Origin: Candidatus Kaiserbacteria bacterium
GTDB lineage: Bacteria > Patescibacteriota > Minisyncoccia > Phycocordibacterales > UBA2100
NCBI GenBank assembly: GCA_016217965.1
Contig: JACRFI010000016.1
Span: forward strand, 129,837-193,836
DNA length: 64,000 nucleotides
Reading direction: 5' to 3'
Shown: one piece after another, positions 18,102 through 27,479 of the stretch
Numbering within the stretch: position 1 is the first letter of the stretch
How the letters are laid out: each line of letters begins with the position of its first letter
Made by a program: the position numbers and the translations under genes
Notes under the pieces: generated by a model
What the model was told of the DNA's origin: nothing
What the model saw: the letters and a program-made list of their open reading frames with translations, nothing else
Databases searched by the model: none

Positions 18102-20387
18102 ATGGCTCGGAATCCTCTTGAGGTGAACACTCGTACACAAATAAATACTCGCCTCCAGAACCTGGGATGGATCGTTAATCACCGCGATTCAAAATGCAAT
18201 GTATACCAGGAACAAGCAAAAACGACCGAACAGAACTCCAAATTTTTAGGTGGCAGACCAGACTACGTCCTGTATGAATCGGGCACAGATCGCCCCATTG
18301 CGGTTATCGAGGCAAAGAAGCCCGGTGAGGATCTTGATAAGGCACTAGAACAAGCCGTTGAGCGTTATGCTAAGCCCATCCAAGCGCCCCTAGCGTTCGC
18401 CTTTAACGACACTTTCGTGACTGCCCATCACGTTCTACAAGGTCGAAGTCTCAAAATTGACGGCGAGGAACTGCAAGATTTTATCGATCAACTGACGGCA
18501 CTCCGCTTCGTTAATGAGGGCGCGGAGATACTCTCGGCTCCGAAGGGTATTAATTTTACTCGCGATGAACTCGTTGATATCTTCAAGCGAGTAAACAAAC
18601 TTCTTCGCAAAGAAGGTTTACGCGATGGTTATGAACGCTTCTCTGCGTTTGCCGAAATCCTGTTCCTAAAATTGATCGACGAATTCGAGCGACTCAGCGT
18701 GCACAAAGGAGATGAGCAACGTTTTGAGGAACGATATCTTTGGGGGAACTTCGTGCATCGTTTTAAGAATGACGACAAGGCGCTTCTTGATTTCATCGGC
18801 GACTCCGTATGGAGCAAGCTTCGCAACGAATATGGAGATATATTCGATACGCCTTTCAGTGTTAAAAAGCCGGCTACACTACGTTCAATCATTGATCTTA
18901 TTGACCCCATCAATCTCACAGCGACTGATACCGATATAAAAGGAGACGCTTTTGAATATTTTCTTAAAACGGTTACCAACGGCAACAAGGACCTGGGGGA
19001 ATACTTTACTCCTCGTCACGTCGTTAGAACGATGGTGAATCTGGTGAAGCCCGTATATGGAGAGACCGTATACGATCCTTTCTGCGGTACCGGAGGGTTC
19101 CTGCTTGAAGCTTTCAAATATCTCTCACTACGTGCGGATACGTCCAAACCGGAGATATTAAAGTGGATCAAGCACCAAGCGCTCCACGGTCGTGAGATCA
19201 CCTCTACGGCGCGGATTACGCGCATGAACATGATTTTGTTTGGTGATGGGCACACGAATATAAAACAAATGGATAGCTTAGAGCATCCGGTACACGGTAA
19301 ATACGATATCGTCCTTTCGAACATACCATATTCACAAGAAACGGAGTACGGTTCTCTCTATTCGATCCCTACGACTAATGCCGATTCCGTTTGTATGCAG
19401 CATATTTGGGACTCTCTAGCGCCGGGTGGTAGGGCTGCGGTTGTTGTACCAGAAAGTTTCTTGTATGAGGGCGGTGTTATAGGACAAACACGGGAGATGA
19501 TCGCAAGGCAGGCAGAAAAACTCTCAATAATTTCACTTCCTCGCGGTGTCTTCATGCCCTATACACCCACCAAGACCAATATCGTTTATTTTAAAAAAGG
19601 TGGTCAGTTTAAAAACGCGTTTTTCTTTGTGATTCACAACGATGGTTTTGAGCTAAACACGAAACGCAAACCTATTACAGGCGACAGCGATATCAAAAAG
19701 TTTTTGAGCGAAGTCGACAATCCTTCTCAAATAAAAGGTCAGGCAAACATCGTGGAACGAGAAACTATAGAAAAAAGCGGTGATTGGAATCTGCGTCCCT
19801 TCTACTACATGGAGGACATCCCGGACGTGGAAGGCGATATGGTCTACTTGGATGACAAGATTATTGAGGAGATAAGCGAACGTACCGATCCTGGAGAGTC
19901 GCCGGATCAAGATTGGAACATACTTGAAGTCTCTCAAAATGGGATCTTTCTCGGCGATACAATAAAAGGTAGTGAGGCAACCCAGTCGTATAAGCGGGTA
20001 AAAACAGGAGATATTGTGTACAACCCATACCGGGTCAATATCGGGAGTATCGGAGTAGTCCCTGCATATCTTGATGGTGCTCTTGCAAGCCCAGCCTATG
20101 TGGTTGTGAGGGCGAAAGATAAACGTTTTCCTCCGACATTCATTGTCTCAGTGTTGAAGCACTCTCGTTATCTTCGAGTCATCATGAACTATTCGATCTC
20201 ATCGGCACGCGCGAGCTTACCATTTCAGGAGCTCACGCGAATAAAGATGCCCCGTCCTACCGATAAGGAGCTCAAAAGGCTGGCTGATTTGGAACGAGAG
20301 CTTAATGACCAACTCAGCCTTGCAAACCGGACTGCCGCTGATATTAAAGGTTACGTCGCTGACGCTGTGAAGATTAAAGGCGACTAA
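18102..20387 (+). CDS. Fused restriction-modification enzyme (HsdR_N nuclease + N6-methyltransferase + HsdS-like TRD)
   Basis: RPDYVL...IEAKK, GEYFTPR, DPFCGTGGFL, motif IV SNIPY, C-terminal GDIVYNPYR..SPAYVV; TATAAT at 18087-92 before ATG 18102. Confidence 0.88.
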   Translation: MARNPLEVNTRTQINTRLQNLGWIVNHRDSKCNVYQEQAKTTEQNSKFLGGRPDYVLYESGTDRPIAVIEAKKPGEDLDKALEQAVERYAKPIQAPLAFAFNDTFVTAHHVLQGRSLKIDGEELQDFIDQLTALRFVNEGAEILSAPKGINFTRDELVDIFKRVNKLLRKEGLRDGYERFSAFAEILFLKLIDEFERLSVHKGDEQRFEERYLWGNFVHRFKNDDKALLDFIGDSVWSKLRNEYGDIFDTPFSVKKPATLRSIIDLIDPINLTATDTDIKGDAFEYFLKTVTNGNKDLGEYFTPRHVVRTMVNLVKPVYGETVYDPFCGTGGFLLEAFKYLSLRADTSKPEILKWIKHQALHGREITSTARITRMNMILFGDGHTNIKQMDSLEHPVHGKYDIVLSNIPYSQETEYGSLYSIPTTNADSVCMQHIWDSLAPGGRAAVVVPESFLYEGGVIGQTREMIARQAEKLSIISLPRGVFMPYTPTKTNIVYFKKGGQFKNAFFFVIHNDGFELNTKRKPITGDSDIKKFLSEVDNPSQIKGQANIVERETIEKSGDWNLRPFYYMEDIPDVEGDMVYLDDKIIEEISERTDPGESPDQDWNILEVSQNGIFLGDTIKGSEATQSYKRVKTGDIVYNPYRVNIGSIGVVPAYLDGALASPAYVVVRAKDKRFPPTFIVSVLKHSRYLRVIMNYSISSARASLPFQELTRIKMPRPTDKELKRLADLERELNDQLSLANRTAADIKGYVADAVKIKGD

Positions 20388-20470
20388 ACTTTGCAAGATC
20401 GGGAATGCTCAAATAACCCTTATATTCTCGTATTTTGGTTCCAACAGCGTCTCGAATATCGCGCCAATGT

Positions 20471-20502
20471 CAAAATCGGATGCTAAATGGCATCCGATTT
20501 TG
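20471..20502. terminator. Hairpin terminator (probably the original tRNA-Asp terminator, possibly bidirectional)
   Basis: CAAAATCGGATGC-TAAATG-GCATCCGATTTTG, perfect 13-bp stem. Confidence 0.8.
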
Positions 20503-20504
20503 CG

Positions 20505-21347
20505 TTAGGGCTGGCAGGTGGGGCAGTAGTAGGAGAAGTGGGAACCAGTAACTTGGGGATATAGTTTTACCTGTGAAGTGGAAAGTCCTGAACTAATGAG
20601 TGATTCATATAGGGCTTGGTTGTTGGTCTCGAATACCAGCTTTGCGCCGTTATTATTTCCTGCAGCGAGCGCGGCTTTCACTTTTTCCGGCGTGTATGCG
20701 CGGTCGGGAAATCCTATGTCAACGCACGTGCAATTCGCGTGGCATACATTCGTGTGTCCCACGGTGCTGGGGCAGCCTTCGGTAACCTGCCAGTCGAGGC
20801 TTCCCGCGGCACTGCAATATCCCTGGAGGCTTTTCTCAATATCAGGTTTCAGTTGTGTGCCAACCCCTGGCTTGAAAGGGATTTTTCCGTCTTTGCATTG
20901 TCCGCTCGCAAGCGGCGAACTGGTCGCAGTACTCTGTTTTCCAGTTTGTTGATTTGCGCCGAAGCTCGACCCGACGCCTGGGCGGTATTCAATGAGGCGG
21001 GCTTGCACAGTTCCGCTTGCTGCTGCGCAAGATCCGTACGAGCTAGCAGCGCCGAGCACGTAGCCAAAGAGGCCTGGGCACCCGTACGCATAGCATCTCG
21101 TGCCTACCGGCGTCATCACGATGTATTGCCCACTACGCGGTGGCCCGACCGTAATAAGGTATGCATTTAGTGGTGTTTTGCACGGTTCAACTTTGATGAC
21201 TCTGCCGCCGAACGGAAAGGATGTGATTGCATTCGCCACGTTTGCGCCAGAATGTCCTGTTAGATACGGAGTTGCAAGAAATAGCGAGAAAAGAAGGAAT
21301 ACGGCAAGCAGAGAGTACGCAGTAATTGCACGGAATGAACTGCCCAT
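20505..21347 (-). CDS. Exported Cys-rich protein with C-terminal M15/LAS-like metallopeptidase motif
   Basis: N-terminal hydrophobic helix; H-x6-D (HANCTCVD) and GSHFS; ATG 21347 preferred. Confidence 0.6.
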   Translation of the reverse strand: MGSSFRAITAYSLLAVFLLFSLFLATPYLTGHSGANVANAITSFPFGGRVIKVEPCKTPLNAYLITVGPPRSGQYIVMTPVGTRCYAYGCPGLFGYVLGAASSYGSCAAASGTVQARLIEYRPGVGSSFGANQQTGKQSTATSSPLASGQCKDGKIPFKPGVGTQLKPDIEKSLQGYCSAAGSLDWQVTEGCPSTVGHTNVCHANCTCVDIGFPDRAYTPEKVKAALAAGNNNGAKLVFETNNQALYESLISSGLSTSQVKLYPQVTGSHFSYYCPTCQP

Positions 21348-21416
21348 CTTCAAAATACTAACACGCACGTGCGCGTATAACGCGCCGGTGCGCATACGGA
21401 TGCTACGATTGCGAGG

Positions 21417-24400
21417 ATGGCAAGGCTCGAAGAAACAGAGGTGCATAGCCTGGAACGCGTGCGGGGAGCGCGAGATACGATAGTCAAAAAGCTAGAATGG
21501 ATGCGTAGAGAAGCAGCTGCATCTACGAACGAAATAAAGTTGCCACACCCATACATTGAGGTTTTGGATGATTGCGTCGCAAAGCTGAAGCGGCTTGACG
21601 AAATTAACCTGAAAAACATACAACAAGTCCTTTCACGCCATGAGGATGTACTTGGCCCGCAGATTGTTCATCTCGAGAAGGACCTTGGCCTCAAGTTAAT
21701 GCTGCGAGAATCTGAATATAAGGCCTTAGTGCAAAGCCGATGTGCGGACGCCATCAATTCGGCGCTATGTTTTGAAAAAAGAGGAGGCGATTTTCTCTTA
21801 TCAGTTATTCCGTCCATGAAGAACGTAGAATCTCGAACTGAGCGAGAATTGAGAGAACTTCACGATAGGCTTTTGTTAAAAGGCTACTCTTCCTCTGATG
21901 CAGCAATGGTATACGTGATGTTTGCGTGCCTTAGCGCGCATACTCCTGTTGCTGAAGGTTTGTCTAACGATGAAGTGCTTCTCGATACTTTGTCGCGCAT
22001 CGTTGAAAATCATACGAAACTTGATCCGGCTATTGTCAGAGAAGAAGGGGAGCGAGGAAGTTTTTTCAAGAAATTGTCACATTGCATAAGCGTCTATGCA
22101 GATATTACACAGGAAGTAATAAGACGTGCACCTCGTACGGGAATGAAGATACAACAAAAGGCTACCAAGGCGCTGTCACTGATCTTGCAGGAGTTTGAAC
22201 AGGAACCGCCGCGACGTCGAAAGAAAGACGTATCAACAGAGCCGTTTGATATTGCGCAGCGAGTGATCCGACGCTCCAAACTCGAGGATAATCCGTGGTT
22301 AACAAGTTCTCTGAAGGATACGCCGTTTGACGACGCGCAGTTTTGGAAGTTGTTTGCTCCCGATGCACATACAAGTTTGTTGGCCGAATCAATCGTGGGG
22401 CTCAATAATTATCAAGCGGGGTTATTGGCTCATCGTGCGCGCGATTTGTATAACATTGTTTCAGGAGCCATTTATTCAAAACGAAAACTTTCAGATGAAA
22501 GGCGTCAACAGTGTGAGCAGCTTGTAGCGGACTTTTTCAAGGCATTTCCGGGGATGCGCAAAGGACGGTCTATAGAATCTGAGGATTTGATTGACTGGCT
22601 TGAAGAGATCAGGCGACTCGAAGTGTGGCCCACGGCAGAAGAGTTGCGCCAAAGAGGCCACATTCATCCCATTGCAACACTGCTCAGGATCATTAGCCCA
22701 GAAAAGATTGTCGCCGACGATTCAAAACGGCAAGAATTTCTCAGATATTTTCGAGATCTCAAAATTCCTGAGGTGCCAAAATCTGACAGCGATTCAATAC
22801 AGAAAACGCATAGAAAAATATCTATCATTGCAGAATCGATACGTGCGGCTCTCGATGAAAGCAGCCCGTCTCTCAATGTGCCACTTATAGATGCGCCCGG
22901 CGATAAATCTTTGAGAACGATACTAACCGAATTTGCAGCAAACTTTGACCAGGATATCCGAGATTATGGACCCTACATCCATCTAAATAGCACCACAGCT
23001 CCGGTGGAGCCTCTCTATACGCCCATTGATATAAAAGACATGAGCCTGGAGGCGATGGAGCATCTTAAGCAGGATTTCGATACTGCAGGGATCGGATACC
23101 CGAGAGCGTGGATACAGGCAGCCGCAAAGGTCATGTGCAGAAGATATGGATACGAACGAACGAAAGAATACGCAAAAGCGGCAGTACGCGGATACCATGG
23201 CACGGGTGGTCCAAGTGATCCCTATGAAATCACGTTTTATCGGAGCGCAACGGGAGCAATTGCTGACGTTGTTGGAAATTTACTGCGACTGCAGGAGGGG
23301 AATCGAGTCATGATTACAAATCAAGAGTTTGACGGCATTACAAAGCAATTTACGAAGCATACGAAGAGGATGTTCGGGAAAGAAGATGTTATAGAAATGA
23401 ATGATCGAAACAGTGGCAGGTCGCTTGAAGTTGATGAGCTTTTTGAACAATACCGAGCAAAGATAGGGGAGGATAAAACACTGTGGCCGAGGGCGATACT
23501 AATGAGCACGAAAACAAGATACGGTGACGCGTTCTGCGCGGGCGAAGGCACGAAGCCGAATATCGTGCGAATGCGCAAACTCATCTCTTTACTCAAGGAA
23601 ACGTATCCAGAAATTCCTATTTTTGTCGACGCATGCCAAAGTTTTGGTCGAAACGATGAAGGTGAAAATAATCTCAAACAACTTGGTTGCGACGTGTATT
23701 TCACAAGCGGCGGAAAAGCCATGGGAACACCAGAAGCTGCTACCCTCATTTTGCGGACGAAATATCCGGAAGGGCAGCCACATTGGCTTAGTTGGTTAAA
23801 GGGAGAAAGTCCAATGGACATGCTATTACCTGGCGATGGGACGGATAACATTGAATCCATTGCGGCGCTTGGAATTGCAATGGAAATGCAATCTGGAAGA
23901 GTGGATACATGGAGGCTTACGCCTATACAAAAAAATAGGTCTTTGCGTGATTCTGTTACGGAGCACAATCGTAAAATGACCGAGTACTTCATACAGACTG
24001 CTGAGGCGTATCACATGGACCTCTTTACTGACCCCAACTTTCCTCGAGTGAATTGGGGTGTGGAGCTTCGAGACGATCCTAAACACGCGGAACAGTTCGG
24101 CTGCCACGTTGTGTATCCGGTGCACCGCGTTCGAGAACAGTATAACTTTGTAGAAGTGACATTCCCGAACATTGGCTACCTTGAGACCGCGTCCAGAAAG
24201 ATCGGGAAGGGCAAGGAAGAAATAGGTGATGACGACTTAATAGAGGATTCGAACACAAATCTTGAAATGAAAACCAGGACAAGATATTTTGAACAGAAAC
24301 TTAGCGCGAAAGGGTTCAATGCACTACATAGACTCCACAAGGATAAACACGGTATTCGTTTCTCTTTTAATTTGGCGCAAGATACAGGCGATATCGACGC

Positions 24401-24530
24401 GCTTTTCAAAGCGATTCGAGAGATTCATATTGAATATCTGAAAGATCGAATTGAGGTCAAAAAGATCAGGACATTCGGGGAATTATGCGAGGGTACCCTT
24501 AATGTTCCTTCTGAATGGATGCCGAATTAG
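21417..24530 (+). CDS. Large protein with C-terminal class V PLP-dependent aminotransferase-like domain
   Basis: RSATGA, VDACQSFG, TSGGKAMG (PLP Lys), GTDNIESIAALG, IRFSF; N-terminal ~500 aa unrecognised. Confidence 0.75.
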   Translation: MARLEETEVHSLERVRGARDTIVKKLEWMRREAAASTNEIKLPHPYIEVLDDCVAKLKRLDEINLKNIQQVLSRHEDVLGPQIVHLEKDLGLKLMLRESEYKALVQSRCADAINSALCFEKRGGDFLLSVIPSMKNVESRTERELRELHDRLLLKGYSSSDAAMVYVMFACLSAHTPVAEGLSNDEVLLDTLSRIVENHTKLDPAIVREEGERGSFFKKLSHCISVYADITQEVIRRAPRTGMKIQQKATKALSLILQEFEQEPPRRRKKDVSTEPFDIAQRVIRRSKLEDNPWLTSSLKDTPFDDAQFWKLFAPDAHTSLLAESIVGLNNYQAGLLAHRARDLYNIVSGAIYSKRKLSDERRQQCEQLVADFFKAFPGMRKGRSIESEDLIDWLEEIRRLEVWPTAEELRQRGHIHPIATLLRIISPEKIVADDSKRQEFLRYFRDLKIPEVPKSDSDSIQKTHRKISIIAESIRAALDESSPSLNVPLIDAPGDKSLRTILTEFAANFDQDIRDYGPYIHLNSTTAPVEPLYTPIDIKDMSLEAMEHLKQDFDTAGIGYPRAWIQAAAKVMCRRYGYERTKEYAKAAVRGYHGTGGPSDPYEITFYRSATGAIADVVGNLLRLQEGNRVMITNQEFDGITKQFTKHTKRMFGKEDVIEMNDRNSGRSLEVDELFEQYRAKIGEDKTLWPRAILMSTKTRYGDAFCAGEGTKPNIVRMRKLISLLKETYPEIPIFVDACQSFGRNDEGENNLKQLGCDVYFTSGGKAMGTPEAATLILRTKYPEGQPHWLSWLKGESPMDMLLPGDGTDNIESIAALGIAMEMQSGRVDTWRLTPIQKNRSLRDSVTEHNRKMTEYFIQTAEAYHMDLFTDPNFPRVNWGVELRDDPKHAEQFGCHVVYPVHRVREQYNFVEVTFPNIGYLETASRKIGKGKEEIGDDDLIEDSNTNLEMKTRTRYFEQKLSAKGFNALHRLHKDKHGIRFSFNLAQDTGDIDALFKAIREIHIEYLKDRIEVKKIRTFGELCEGTLNVPSEWMPN

Positions 24531-24569
24531 ACCGTTGCCTTTTTGACCGCACAGGCGTACTGTGGCGCT

Positions 24570-25373
24570 ATGTTGCGAGAGGTATTAGAACGCATCGGCC
24601 TCAGCTCCCGAGAGGCGACCGTGTATTTGGCGTGTTTGAAACTTGGTACGCAAGATATAAAGACACTCAGCAAAGAGACGAAGATCTCGCCGGCAACAGT
24701 GAGTATCATTCTGACCAATCTGCTTGACCGGGGATTTGTGAGTAAGTTCGCACGCGAAAAAGATTTCTTCACGCCAGAGCAACCAACGGTTCTCGTAAAG
24801 ATATTAGAGAACAGTAAATTTAAGTTGGAAGAGGGGATTCTGCATTTCAAAAAGCATTTGCCGCACTTCGAGGATTACATGAATCCGTCTTTCACGAAAC
24901 CGGAGATCGCTTTCTACGAAGGAAAGGCGGGGATGATAGCCGCGTATGAAGATACGCTCACGAGCAAAACACCGATCCTCGCACTCACGTCCATCGATAA
25001 GACCGAGTCGATACTCTCGGATTATGTCCCGAAATATTACAAGCGTAGGAAGGCAGCAAACATTCCGATAAAAGCAATATTTCCCGATTCAAAAATGGCA
25101 CGTGCGAGGCAGAAAAAAGACAAAGACGAACTCAGAACGAGCCGACTTCTTCCCCAAGCGATGCTCAATATTGAGATCGAGACGAATATCTACGAGGATA
25201 AAGTAGCGTTTTTCTCGATTCCTGAGACACTTGCTGTGATCGTGAAGAGCAAATTGATTGCGGAAAGCATGCGACAGATGTTTAACTTGTCGTGGAATAT
25301 GGCGCAGTTCTACGATGCGCAGCACGAAGATTTGGGAGAGATTGCCCTTCCTGCGAAAAAGAAAAAGGCCTAG
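24570..25373 (+). CDS. TrmB-family transcriptional regulator
   Basis: LERIGLSSREATVYLACLKLG HTH, FYEGKAG, IYEDKVAF. Confidence 0.85.
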   Translation: MLREVLERIGLSSREATVYLACLKLGTQDIKTLSKETKISPATVSIILTNLLDRGFVSKFAREKDFFTPEQPTVLVKILENSKFKLEEGILHFKKHLPHFEDYMNPSFTKPEIAFYEGKAGMIAAYEDTLTSKTPILALTSIDKTESILSDYVPKYYKRRKAANIPIKAIFPDSKMARARQKKDKDELRTSRLLPQAMLNIEIETNIYEDKVAFFSIPETLAVIVKSKLIAESMRQMFNLSWNMAQFYDAQHEDLGEIALPAKKKKA

Positions 25374-25379
25374 GTGCCG

Positions 25380-26279
25380 CTACTTCTTGTAATCTGCGTG
25401 GTTCGCGAGGCCTGATTCAGCGACGAGGTCCATATCGAAAGAGCGTATCTGGAATTCTATCGGAATGTTCTTTAGACAACGCAACACCGTGTGGATGCTG
25501 CGGTAGCCGTTCTCCTTCGGTCTTTTGATGTAATCCTTGTATCGATCCTTATATGTAGGCCAGAGGCGGTCCAGCGCTTCGTGCGCAAGGTAGCAGTCTC
25601 TTTTTGTTTTCGTCAAAATGCGGAAACCGTGAATATCGTAAATGTCATTAATGCTCTTTTTCTTTATATGTATTTTTCTATACACACCGTATACGTTCTT
25701 TTGTCTGTTGCGAATCTCGAAATTCTTGATTCCTGCCGTCAGAAGTGCCTGCCCAAGGATGCCATGAATATCCGATATCAGTCTTGCATCTGTTTGCATC
25801 TTTTTCTGTACAACTGAGCGAAATAGCTTGTAGTTCTCGCAATCGAAATTCTTGAATATCGCATCTTCCATGTGGTATCGGATCTGCCATAACCCGTATC
25901 GCTCCGCGATCGCAACCCACAGTTTATAGCTATCCTTCGGCAGCAGTACTTTTCTTCCTTCGAGATCAAAAAGTATCTCGATGAGAGTGGCTGTCACAGC
26001 GCGGGATTTCTTCGGATCAAATGAGTCCGAGAACTTTTCCGGATGCTTGAATACGGCAAGGACTTTTTTCTTTAGGATCATTATTGGACTCTCTGATTTT
26101 TTGAGCACGCGATGTGCCCGGGTGTCGCGAGGAGTAAGAAATGCGAACCAAATGTTATCCGGCAGTACGAGACTGGTGTCGGATTCGAGCAACCGTTTAT
26201 ATTCTAACTTCTGGTCCAATTCTTTTTGGAGAGGCTTCGGGAAACGCCGTACATATGCATGATACGGGTCTACTCGCAT
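25380..26279 (-). CDS. Short RelA/SpoT-family (p)ppGpp synthetase-domain protein
   Basis: RQKNVYGVYRK, DIYDIHGFRI, KDYIKRPKENGYRSIH, EFQIRS..AESGLANH; no intact HD, TGS or ACT domain visible. Confidence 0.85.
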   Translation of the reverse strand: MRVDPYHAYVRRFPKPLQKELDQKLEYKRLLESDTSLVLPDNIWFAFLTPRDTRAHRVLKKSESPIMILKKKVLAVFKHPEKFSDSFDPKKSRAVTATLIEILFDLEGRKVLLPKDSYKLWVAIAERYGLWQIRYHMEDAIFKNFDCENYKLFRSVVQKKMQTDARLISDIHGILGQALLTAGIKNFEIRNRQKNVYGVYRKIHIKKKSINDIYDIHGFRILTKTKRDCYLAHEALDRLWPTYKDRYKDYIKRPKENGYRSIHTVLRCLKNIPIEFQIRSFDMDLVAESGLANHADYKK

Positions 26280-26339
26280 AGGGTGATGCCCTATGTGTAC
26301 TCCTCACCACGTTGGCAGTCAATTGTCTTGAGTTGAGGA

Positions 26340-27479
26340 TCAGAGGTCGCCGTTTTGTATCTTTTTTCGCAATAGGCGCGCTTGTTCGTTAAAGAAGTAG
26401 AGGTTGTGGTACGAGGCAAGCTTCATGCCGGAGAGTTCACTGGCTCGCAAGAGATGGGAGATGTAGCTGCGTGAATATGTTTGGCACACGCCGCATTTGC
26501 ACGAAGGGTCCAGCGGTTTTTTATCCTTCAGGAATTTTGGTTTCCGGATGTCGATGCGTCCTCGAGACGTGAAAATTGTGCCGCGGCGCGCATAGTGTGT
26601 GGGGGCAATGCAGTCAAATGTGTCCATTCCAGCTTTTGCGAGAGGCTGGAAATCTTCCGGGTGTCCTACGCCAAGTGCGTGCCGCGGACGGTCACTTGGA
26701 AGTGTGTCCACAACCCAGCCCATCAGTTTCCCCATCATTGTTTTGTCGTACCCGAATTCTCCGCCGACCGCGAATCCTTCAAAGGGCAGGGAGCCAATGG
26801 CGCGTGCGCTTTCGATACGCAATTCCTTGAATGCGCCGCCTTGTACGATGCCGTACATAGCTTGCAGCTTCGAGCTTCTAGCTTCTAGGCACATGCGTGC
26901 CCAGCGGTGCGTCTTTTGTATAGAGGCAAGCATGTACTCTTTCGTTGCGGCAGGAGATACGCATTCGTCGAACGCGAAGATCATGTCAGCGCCTAATTTT
27001 TCCTGTATACGTATCGAAGTTTTTGGGCTGAGGTAATGTTCTTTTCCGTCGATGGGGGAGCGGAAGTGTACGCCGTCTTCTGTAATTCGTACGCTTTTTG
27101 GTTGCGAGCGCTCCTCAACTGTTTCTCCAATAGGTTTCCTCAGCATTTTTCCTATGCCGTGGTCGGAACCGAATCCAAGGCTGTATACCTGGAACCCTCC
27201 CGAATCAGTCATTAAAGGCCTCTTCCATTTCATGAAGCCATGGATGCCTCCCATTTTCTTGACGACATTCTCTCCTGGGGTGAGTGCAAGATGGTACGTG
27301 TTGCAGATAAGAAGCTGAGAGCCGGCCTCCGCGATCTCCTCGCTATCCAGTGTGCGTACGGTTGCGCGTGTCGCGACAGGCACGAATGCAGGCGTTTCTA
27401 TCTCTCCGTGTGGTGTTCGGACCACACCCACTCTCGCACGCGAGTGTTTGGATCTTTTAAGTATCTCGAAGGAAAACAT
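26340..27479 (-). CDS. tgt: tRNA-guanine transglycosylase
   Basis: TPAFVPVAT, NTYHL, TDSGGFQ, GIVQGG, DTFDC, CxCxxC...H zinc site. Confidence 0.96.
   Translation of the reverse strand: MFSFEILKRSKHSRARVGVVRTPHGEIETPAFVPVATRATVRTLDSEEIAEAGSQLLICNTYHLALTPGENVVKKMGGIHGFMKWKRPLMTDSGGFQVYSLGFGSDHGIGKMLRKPIGETVEERSQPKSVRITEDGVHFRSPIDGKEHYLSPKTSIRIQEKLGADMIFAFDECVSPAATKEYMLASIQKTHRWARMCLEARSSKLQAMYGIVQGGAFKELRIESARAIGSLPFEGFAVGGEFGYDKTMMGKLMGWVVDTLPSDRPRHALGVGHPEDFQPLAKAGMDTFDCIAPTHYARRGTIFTSRGRIDIRKPKFLKDKKPLDPSCKCGVCQTYSRSYISHLLRASELSGMKLASYHNLYFFNEQARLLRKKIQNGDL

Larger units (their letters stand above)
14370..20464. mobile_element. Serine-recombinase integrative element at the tRNA-Asp 3' end (~6.1 kb)
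   Basis: Core TCGCGC at 14370-14375 and 20459-20464; the right copy continues as CA (restoring CCA) and then a terminator; the reconstructed attP is an imperfect palindrome. Confidence 0.75.
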
